A DNA stretch of 64,000 bases from an uncultured Methanomassiliicoccales archaeon. GTDB lineage: Archaea; Thermoplasmatota; Thermoplasmata; RBG-16-68-12; EA-27. The stretch covers positions 1,182 through 65,181 of the forward strand of contig CAYNEM010000015.1 of the NCBI GenBank assembly GCA_964396265.1, written 5' to 3'. How positions within the stretch are numbered: the first letter of the stretch is position 1; each line of letters begins with the position of its first letter. Below, piece by piece: positions 57,537 to 64,000 of this stretch. A program made the position numbers and the translations under genes. The notes beneath the pieces are model-generated. The model saw only the letters and a list, made by a program, of their open reading frames with translations, was not told where the DNA came from and did not search any database.

Positions 57537-59183
57537 ATGTCCCCATCTCGGAAGGCTCTCGGTCTGGCGGTTCTCGCGGTCGTCTTCGTCGCCGTTCTGT
57601 CCGGAGTCCCCTCGTCTCCGATTGGTCGCGCGGCAGCGGATGAGGGAATCACGGCCGACGTCGTGTACCGTTCGGTCTCGGGCCCCAACGGAACGAGCGC
57701 GCCCCTCCATCGCAGCGGCATCGCCTCGTGGACCTCGGAGGCGGAGCAGGCGGATGCAGGGAGCCCGATTCGCACGATCCGGAGCGCCTCGTCGCCCACC
57801 ACCGCCAACGAGCGGGTGTTCGTCACGCAGGGTGAGGACGGATGGCTCGACGCCTACGTGTGCACGACGACATGCGCGGTCTCGAGCGACGTCGGGGAGG
57901 TGTGGGCCATGGCTCCCGGCACGCTCCAGACACGGTTCGACGTCGCCTACGAACAGCGCAGCGGTCAGGCCATCCTCGTCTACGGCATCCTGTCCACCAG
58001 CGCGAGCCAGGACATCGCCTTCCGCACGTACAGCGGAGGCGCATGGAGCGCAGAGCAGTACCTGGACGACGCGGGTTACGCGACGGACCTCGAATATACT
58101 CTGATCCGCCTGGCAGCCAGAATGGGGAGCGACCAGATCGGGCTCCTTGCCGGCGAGTCCACGAACAACCAAGTGAACGCATGGATCTGGAACGGGAACG
58201 CCTTCGGGTCGAACACGGAGATCTCCGCGAGTGCGCAGACCCCGAACCGGGAACGCGGAGCGATCGCGTGGGAATCGGGCTCGGGGCATCTCCTCGCAAT
58301 GGCGGTGGATGCTAACACCCAGGACGAGATCGTCTGGAAGGAGTTCACGACGGACTGGAGCGCCGCGGCGAACCACATCTGCGGGGGCTCCGGGAACATC
58401 CTCCGATGGTTGTCCTTGAAAGCGAACCCGGTGTCGACGGCGAACGACATGGTCCTCGCTGCCGGTGACGACGGCTCTGACCTCGGCACGTGCTACTGGA
58501 CCGGGGACGCATGGGACGCCCGGGTCTCGCAGGACACGACGATGGATGCGACGGCGACGCGTTCGTTCGACTTCGCGTGGGAGTGTTCCGAAAACCGGGG
58601 GCTTCTCGCCTACGGCACGACCGGAGGGGCGATCACGTACAGGACGTTCGCCGCACCGGGCAACTGGAGCGGCGCGACGAATGCCGCCATGGGGTCCAAT
58701 GGCCACGCGTGGGTTCAACTTCGGACGAATCCCTCCTCGACCACCGGCTCCGCGCGGATCCTCGGAGCGGTCCTGGAAAGCTCCGCGAACTCCCTGGGCG
58801 CAATCTCTTGGAACGAGAGCGGGTTCACGGTGATCGGGGCGGATACCTTCACCTCGGATGTCGGGACGGGGGCGTACGAGTCCTTCGACCTCGCGTTCCG
58901 CACGGCGGGCACGCCCGGGACCGGGCCGGGTACCGACCCAGGTACCGACCCGGGTACCAACCTGCTCCTCTTCCTCCTGGATTTCAACAACCTCTTGATC
59001 ATCGTATTCGTCGGAGGCATGGCGGCGTTCTTGCTCGTGGCGCGGCGACTCCGGCGTAAGCCGGTTTCCTCACGGGGCGAACCGCCCTCCGCGCCTTGGA
59101 AGGACCCGCCTCAAGAGGGCATGGCGCAAGAGCCGCAGGCCCCGGAAGAAGTCGTGGAAGATGATGGGGTCGGCTACCACTAA
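57537..59183 (+). CDS. Secreted/surface protein with internal ~80-aa repeats and a C-terminal Thr/Pro/Gly linker plus a single TM anchor.
   Basis: Signal peptide MSPSRKALGLAVLAVVFVAVLSGVPSS. Repeated W-x-S/N-G blocks. C-terminal GTPGTGPGTDPGTDPGT then LLLFLLDFNNLLIIVFVGGMAAFLLV and RRLRRK. Confidence 0.7.
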   Translation: MSPSRKALGLAVLAVVFVAVLSGVPSSPIGRAAADEGITADVVYRSVSGPNGTSAPLHRSGIASWTSEAEQADAGSPIRTIRSASSPTTANERVFVTQGEDGWLDAYVCTTTCAVSSDVGEVWAMAPGTLQTRFDVAYEQRSGQAILVYGILSTSASQDIAFRTYSGGAWSAEQYLDDAGYATDLEYTLIRLAARMGSDQIGLLAGESTNNQVNAWIWNGNAFGSNTEISASAQTPNRERGAIAWESGSGHLLAMAVDANTQDEIVWKEFTTDWSAAANHICGGSGNILRWLSLKANPVSTANDMVLAAGDDGSDLGTCYWTGDAWDARVSQDTTMDATATRSFDFAWECSENRGLLAYGTTGGAITYRTFAAPGNWSGATNAAMGSNGHAWVQLRTNPSSTTGSARILGAVLESSANSLGAISWNESGFTVIGADTFTSDVGTGAYESFDLAFRTAGTPGTGPGTDPGTDPGTNLLLFLLDFNNLLIIVFVGGMAAFLLVARRLRRKPVSSRGEPPSAPWKDPPQEGMAQEPQAPEEVVEDDGVGYH

Positions 59184-59250
59184 GATCGTCGGGATGGTTC
59201 CGGGGAGCATCTTGCGCTGACGACCGATGCACGTCTTCGGGGCCTGGGAA

Positions 59251-59799
59251 CTATCGCAGCAACCCGGCGGCCTTCAATTCCTGCGTGATCCGCTCCACGG
59301 CCCTTTCCACGTCCGACGGCTTCCGCGCGCCCGTGCAGACGAGCTTTCCAGAGCCGAACAACAGGACGACGACCTTCGGCTCGTCGATCCGGTACACGAG
59401 CCCGGGGAACTGCTCCGGCTCGTACTCGACCTTCTCGAGGCCCAGGGAGATTGCGATCGCGTTCAGGTTGATCTCCGTGCCGAGGTCCGAGGAGGCGACG
59501 ATGTTCTGGACCTCGATCTCCGGGTTCTTCTTGATCGGGATGCCAGCGGCCTCGATCTGCTTCGCGACAGTGTCAATCGCGGTCTTCACATGCTCGAGGG
59601 ACTTCGCCCCCGTGCATACGACCTTCCCCGATCGGAACAGCAGGGTCGCCGTCTTCGGCTCTTTCAGGCGGTAAATCAGTCCGGGGAACTGTTCCGGCTC
59701 GTACTCCGCGCCACCCAACGCGAGCGCGATGGCCTGCAGGTCGAGTTCGCCGCCGAGGGATGTGGATGCGACCACGTTCTCTATCTTGATCTTGGCCAT
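59251..59799 (-). CDS. tbp: TATA-box binding protein.
   Basis: Two direct repeats, each with NVVAS..LG/..L..IA and [10 protein letters not shown](I/V)YR. 182 aa. Confidence 0.95.
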   Translation of the reverse strand: MAKIKIENVVASTSLGGELDLQAIALALGGAEYEPEQFPGLIYRLKEPKTATLLFRSGKVVCTGAKSLEHVKTAIDTVAKQIEAAGIPIKKNPEIEVQNIVASSDLGTEINLNAIAISLGLEKVEYEPEQFPGLVYRIDEPKVVVLLFGSGKLVCTGARKPSDVERAVERITQELKAAGLLR

Positions 59800-59862
59800 G
59801 TGGGTTGCCTCCCGCCCGAGAGGGAGCGAACGGAGTGCGCGACTCCCCCGAGGTGCGCGGGG

Positions 59863-59882
59863 ATTTAAAGGGGCCTTTAAAT
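59863..59882. promoter_or_regulatory. Inverted repeat of two TATA-like boxes, ATTTAAAGG-GG-CCTTTAAAT, 65-85 nt upstream of the TBP start codon.
   Basis: 9-bp arms that are exact reverse complements. Seen in the sequence. Confidence 0.4.
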
Positions 59883-59915
59883 ACCTTCCGTCGGGCGAGG
59901 AGAGGAAATCCTCCC

Positions 59916-60821
59916 TTAGGACGTGGTTCTTCCCACGCGGTCTAACCCGCGGACGAGCCCGTCAATCGTGCGGAGATACGGCAGGTCGAGCCCTGCGGTC
60001 GAGGCCGTCCGCACGAGTTCGCCGGTGATCGAATCGACCTCGGTCCGCCGGCCCCTCTCCACGTCCTGCAACATGCTAGATCGGTTGTCCGCGGTCTTGG
60101 CGGCGACGTCCAAGGTCCGGGCGACGAGGGCCTCGGCATCCAATCCTACGCCCGCGGCCCAGGCCGCGGCCACGGCTTCCCGCGCGACGAACCCGACCAT
60201 CGTCCGCAGGTCTGCGTGGGTCACGAGCACCCCGTTGGGCATCCGAAGGATTGCCGTGAGGGGGTTGATTGCGGCGTTCACGACGACCTTCGCCCAGAGC
60301 TCGCGACGCACGTCCGCGATCACGGATGTCGTGAGGCCTGCGGCGGTGAGCATGTCGGCGAGGCGCCTGGCGTCGTCCACGGTCGAGCCCCTCCACGGCC
60401 CGACGACGAGGTCGCCAACGCCCGCGTGAAGGATCTCCCCGGGCGTTACGAACGTGACGCCGTGGCTCGTCGTCCCCGCGAGGACGCGCTCCGCGTGCTC
60501 CGCGATCCGCTCCGCATTGCCGAGTCCGTTCTGCAGCGTGACGAACGTGCTCCGCCGCCAAAACTCGCGAAGCGCATCGACGGCGGTCTCGGTGTCGTAT
60601 GCCTTCGTCGTGACGAATACGATGTCGAAGTCGCCCGAGGGGACGTTCGTCGTTGCGGTCGGCCACGCGATGCGCTGCGTGTGGCCCGTGATGCGCAGAC
60701 CCTGGCGGTTCACCACGTCGACGTGCGGTCTCCTCCCTGTGATCGTGACGTCGTGGTCGCGCGCGAGGATTCCTCCAAGAAGACTTCCGATCGCTCCCGC
60801 GCCGAACACGAGAACGCGCAC
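59916..60821 (-). CDS. panE: 2-dehydropantoate 2-reductase (ketopantoate reductase).
   Basis: NAD(P) fold [18 protein letters not shown]. ApbA C-terminal domain. GTG start at 60821. Confidence 0.85.
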   Translation of the reverse strand: MRVLVFGAGAIGSLLGGILARDHDVTITGRRPHVDVVNRQGLRITGHTQRIAWPTATTNVPSGDFDIVFVTTKAYDTETAVDALREFWRRSTFVTLQNGLGNAERIAEHAERVLAGTTSHGVTFVTPGEILHAGVGDLVVGPWRGSTVDDARRLADMLTAAGLTTSVIADVRRELWAKVVVNAAINPLTAILRMPNGVLVTHADLRTMVGFVAREAVAAAWAAGVGLDAEALVARTLDVAAKTADNRSSMLQDVERGRRTEVDSITGELVRTASTAGLDLPYLRTIDGLVRGLDRVGRTTS

Positions 60822-61050
60822 CTCAACAGCATCCGCGTCGAGCGAATGAACCTTTTCCGCGGAGGTTTTCCTCGAGATCACACGCGCGCAGCGGAAATCG
60901 ACCGTGATTTCATGTGGAAATACCGATGAAGAAACGTTTAAGACGCGATTCATCATACGGTTAATGCGGAGGAACCCCTTGGCAGCAAAGAAGAAGGGAA
61001 AGAAGAAGAAGCGCTAGTCGCGCCTTCCCTTCGCTTCGGGCTTCCGCTCC

Positions 61051-61953
61051 TCAGGTAGGGAGCGAATCACGAACCCTCTTGGAATCCTTTTTTCTTTCTT
61101 CTTTTCTTCTTTTCTGTTCTGTCGCGAGCACGTGCGCGAGCCGTAGCGGTTCCGGATTTCGCATGACGGTCACACGCCGCACGATTCTCACGGCGGTCCG
61201 CAGAGACACACGATGACCGACGGAGACGAACAGGGGCCTCGCGGACGATGACGCGCGCAGCGCGTATCCGAGAATCTCGCCCTCGACCCGGACGGGGACG
61301 GACTCGCCGATGCCCGGTCGTCGCTGCATCGTCCCGGAGAGCGGGTTCTTGGCGACCCCGATCGTCCGCAGCCCGAGCCTGACGCCCACGAGGCACGCGA
61401 TCCCGCAGCGCGCCGGATGAAGACGACCGTGGCCGTCGACGAGGAGGACGGAGGGCCGCGTCTCGAGGCGGACGATGGCATCCCGAATGATGGGGAACTC
61501 GCGCTGCGATAGGTACGTCGGGATGTACGGGAAGTCGATCTCCCGTGTCGCCTCCGCCCGCTCGACCACGGCCAGGTCGGGATAACGAAGGACCACCGCC
61601 GTCGCAAACCCGCGATCCCCGTCATACGACACGTCGACGCCCGCAATCGTGTGCACGGCGCGGATGTCGTCGCACGACGAAATCTTGGCGGCGACCGCGA
61701 GCTGCGACGCGCGCAGCTTCTCGAGGGGGGCATCGCCCGCGAAGTCTGTGAAGATCCGAGCGCTCGCCACGGGTCCCCCGCTCCCTGAGACGACGCGGGA
61801 GGACCCGGGAACCTCCGGGTTGGCGTTCACGAAACGTGCCACCGCCATGCTCGCACGAACGTCCCCGAGGGCGCGCGCGATGTCCCCAAAACGCGCCATT
61901 CTCCCCTCGGGAATCTGGCGGAGGAGGCGCGCGACGTCCCGGCGGAAGTCCAT
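61051..61953 (-). CDS. nfi: Endonuclease V fused to an N-terminal O6-alkylguanine-DNA-alkyltransferase-like HTH domain that appears to lack the PCHR nucleophile.
   Basis: The N-terminal ~65 aa (DVARLLRQIPEGRMARFGDIARALGDVRASMAVARFVNANPEVPGSSRVV) resemble the MGMT C-terminal domain, with S-S-R-V where P-C-H-R-V is expected. The rest is EndoV (HTIAGVDVSY, LLVDGHGRLHPARCGIA). Lys-rich C-terminal tail. Confidence 0.8.
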   Translation of the reverse strand: MDFRRDVARLLRQIPEGRMARFGDIARALGDVRASMAVARFVNANPEVPGSSRVVSGSGGPVASARIFTDFAGDAPLEKLRASQLAVAAKISSCDDIRAVHTIAGVDVSYDGDRGFATAVVLRYPDLAVVERAEATREIDFPYIPTYLSQREFPIIRDAIVRLETRPSVLLVDGHGRLHPARCGIACLVGVRLGLRTIGVAKNPLSGTMQRRPGIGESVPVRVEGEILGYALRASSSARPLFVSVGHRVSLRTAVRIVRRVTVMRNPEPLRLAHVLATEQKRRKEERKKDSKRVRDSLPT

Positions 61954-62014
61954 GTCGCGCCTATCCACCGTTGTCTCCGATAATGTTATCCTTAGCCCTC
62001 CGTTCGACGCGGCC

Positions 62015-63301
62015 GTGCCGACCCTGCTGCTGCGAAACGCATGGATCGTCACGCAGAATGCGAAGCGCGAGGTGTTCCGTGGGGACGTACTCGCGGAGGA
62101 CGGAAGGATCGCGGCGGTCGGGGTGGTGCGAGGCGGCGCGGACGAGGAACGAGATTGCACGGACTGTCTCGTCGTTCCCGGCCTGATCAACGTCCACGGC
62201 CACGTCGCGAATTCCCTGTTGCGCGGTCTCGCGGACGACGTCCCCCTCCAGGCGATGCTCGAGAAGGCGTTCGCGGTCGACGCGAAGCTCACGCGGCGGG
62301 ACGTGCAGATCGGGGCGCTCCTAGGGATCTTGGAGATGCTCAAGTCGGGGACGACGTCGTTCGTCGACCTGTTCTACTGGGAGGACGAGGTCGCGCGGGC
62401 GGTCCGCGAGGCGGGCATCCGAGGGTTCCTCGCGTGGACGGTGCTCGACGCGGAGTTCACGACGCAGCGAGGCACGCCGGTCAAGAACGCGGAGCAGTTC
62501 GTGAAGAAGCACAAGGGCCACGGCCTCGTGAACCCCATGGTCGGCGTCATGGGCGTGTACGTGTGCTCCGAGGAGACATACCTCGCCGCCAAGGATGTCG
62601 CCGAGAGGGAGGATGTCCTCCTCCACGGGCACTTGTCCGAGACGCGGACCGAGGTGTACGAGCACGAGAAGAAGACGGGAACGCGGCCGGTCGAGTGGTT
62701 GGACAAGATCGGGTTCCTCGGCCCGCGGTTCTCCGCCGCGCATTGCGTGTGGGTCACGATCAACGAGGTTCGCACGCTCGCCCGTCGCGAGGTGGGTGTC
62801 GCCCACTGCCCGGTCAGCAACATGAAGCTCGCCTCCGGCGGGGTCGCGCCCGTCCCCGAGATGCAAACAGAAGGAGTAGCGGTCGGCCTCGGCACGGATT
62901 CCCCCCTGAGTAACATCGGGCTCGACATGTTCCAAGAGATGAGGATGGGGGCGCTCATGCACAAGGCGACGCGCTGGGACGCTTCCGTGATGCCCGCGCA
63001 GAAGATGCTCGACCTCGCGACGATCGACGCCGCCAAGGTGATCCACCGCGAGCGCGAGCTTGGCTCGATCGAGGTCGGGAAGCGCGCGGACCTGTGCGTG
63101 GTCGATCTTCGGCGACCGCATACGACGCCTTTTTATCCGGCGAACCTCATCTCCCAACTCGTCTACGGTTGCCGGGGAGGCGACGTCCGAGCGACGGTCG
63201 TGGACGGAGTCGTACGCGTTGCAGACGGTCGAGTTGTCGGAGTCGACGAGACCGAGGTCCTCTCTCGAGCCCAGGAGATCGCCGCTGAACTCTTCGGGTA
63301 A
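62015..63301 (+). CDS. mtaD: Amidohydrolase: 5'-methylthioadenosine / S-adenosylhomocysteine / 5'-deoxyadenosine deaminase family.
   Basis: Metal-binding HGH (INVHGHVANS), HLSET, HCV and GTDS motifs. Start set at the GTG at 62015 (PTLLLRNAWIVTQN), because the ORF-track ATG at 61952 overlaps the divergent nfi start codon. Confidence 0.8.
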   Translation: MPTLLLRNAWIVTQNAKREVFRGDVLAEDGRIAAVGVVRGGADEERDCTDCLVVPGLINVHGHVANSLLRGLADDVPLQAMLEKAFAVDAKLTRRDVQIGALLGILEMLKSGTTSFVDLFYWEDEVARAVREAGIRGFLAWTVLDAEFTTQRGTPVKNAEQFVKKHKGHGLVNPMVGVMGVYVCSEETYLAAKDVAEREDVLLHGHLSETRTEVYEHEKKTGTRPVEWLDKIGFLGPRFSAAHCVWVTINEVRTLARREVGVAHCPVSNMKLASGGVAPVPEMQTEGVAVGLGTDSPLSNIGLDMFQEMRMGALMHKATRWDASVMPAQKMLDLATIDAAKVIHRERELGSIEVGKRADLCVVDLRRPHTTPFYPANLISQLVYGCRGGDVRATVVDGVVRVADGRVVGVDETEVLSRAQEIAAELFG

Positions 63302-63305
63302 CCCC

Positions 63306-63962
63306 CTGATCTGCGGCGTCGACGAAGCGGGGCGCGGCCCCGTGCTCGGGCCTCTGGTGGTGTGCGGAGTGGCGGTGGAATCGGACGCCCCGCTGCGTCA
63401 TCTCAACGTCCGCGACTCGAAGAAGCTGTCCGCGGAGCGCCGCGAGGCCCTCGTCCCGGAGATCCAGAAAGTGTGCAAGTTCGCGCTCGTGGTCGTCCCC
63501 GCCGAGGAGATCGACGCGCGGCGCAGGGAGATGACGCTCAACGAGTTCGAGGCGAAGGTGTTCGCCGACATCATCGAGGAACTCCATCCTGGGGTCGCGT
63601 ACGTCGACAGCGCGGACGTGGACGAGCATGAGTTCAAGAAGGCGATCCTCCGGGACCTGCCGTTCGAGGTCGACATCGTCAGCAAGCACGGCGCGGACGA
63701 CCTGTTCCCCGTCGTCTCGGCGGCGAGCATCCTGGCGAAGGTGAGGCGAGACGAGGCGATCCGCCAGATCGAGTCGGAGCTCGGGCAGAAGATCGGCAGC
63801 GGGTATTCGCACGACCGGGAGACGATCGAGTTTCTCGAGGGGTGGATCCGCGAGAAGGGGACGTTGCCGCCGCACACCCGCGCCTCGTGGGACACCGCCA
63901 AGCGACTCCTGAGCGCGGCCAAGACGCGGAAGATCGACGAGTTCGTGGAGAGGGGACGATGA
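63306..63962 (+). CDS. rnhB: Ribonuclease HII.
   Basis: ICGVDEAGRGPVLGPLVV is the canonical RNase HII N-terminus, with the conserved DSKKLS and SAASIxAK motifs downstream. No canonical in-frame ATG/GTG/TTG near the N-terminus, so the start is uncertain (CTG at 63306 or ATC at 63309). Confidence 0.8.
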   Translation: MICGVDEAGRGPVLGPLVVCGVAVESDAPLRHLNVRDSKKLSAERREALVPEIQKVCKFALVVVPAEEIDARRREMTLNEFEAKVFADIIEELHPGVAYVDSADVDEHEFKKAILRDLPFEVDIVSKHGADDLFPVVSAASILAKVRRDEAIRQIESELGQKIGSGYSHDRETIEFLEGWIREKGTLPPHTRASWDTAKRLLSAAKTRKIDEFVERGR

Positions 63963-64000
63963 GAGAGCTGCTGGAGAAGGCGATCTCGAAATTCAACGAG
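63959..64000 (+). CDS. Start of a further gene (MRELLEKAISKFNE...), truncated by the window end.
   Basis: ATGA overlap with the rnhB stop. Only 14 codons are visible. Confidence 0.2.
   Translation, partial: MRELLEKAISKFNE

Noticed and set aside
1-64000. CRISPR arrays, rRNA and tRNA genes
   Set aside because: No direct-repeat/spacer periodicity and no rRNA-like conserved stretches were seen. Intergenic regions are short (mostly under 150 bp) and were inspected individually.

Overview
This 64-kb window is a high-GC (about 65%) archaeal chromosomal segment. It carries TBP, ribosomal protein S17e, RNase P Rpp21, an archaeal-type ATP-dependent DNA ligase and RNase HII. An O6-alkylguanine-transferase-like/endonuclease V fusion suggests a Thermoplasmatota-like lineage; that taxonomic call is inference.

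Core metabolism and information processing:
- A leuC-leuD-leuB cluster, interrupted by an opposite-strand retropepsin-like protease gene.
- A complete 2-oxoacid (pyruvate) dehydrogenase operon (E1alpha, E1beta, E2, E3) with lipB.
- A separate lipA / orphan E1alpha paralog / GNAT operon.
- An etfAB-fixCX electron-transfer-flavoprotein set, 3-hydroxyacyl-CoA dehydrogenase, an ABC-2 exporter and two EamA transporters.
- Xaa-Pro peptidase, HDAC/AcuC, acylphosphatase, TatD, panE, mtaD and rnhB.

Accessory or unusual content:
- A HEPN-like (R-x4-H) / HNH nuclease two-gene module.
- A vapBC toxin-antitoxin pair.
- An NHEJ pair: Ku plus a ligase-domain-only LigD.
- A tightly coupled glycan-modification operon: a pol-beta-nucleotidyltransferase-fold (LicD-like?) protein, a processive GT2 fused to a large polytopic GT-C-like domain, and two paralogous SAM methyltransferases, followed by a convergent GT2.
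- A lower-GC island (about 23.5-26 kb) with roughly 800 bp of non-coding sequence, a small wHTH regulator and two secreted proteins of unknown function.
- Several large secreted or surface proteins: parallel beta-helix, CARDB/Ig-like repeats, and a PKD protein with a hyper-acidic Asp/Gly tail encoded by GAC trinucleotide repeats.

No rRNA, tRNA or CRISPR array was found. Many long Arg/Pro-rich ORFs in the six-frame track are mirror-frame artefacts of high GC. Start codons are often GTG or TTG and adjacent genes often overlap by 1-4 nt, so start coordinates are approximate.
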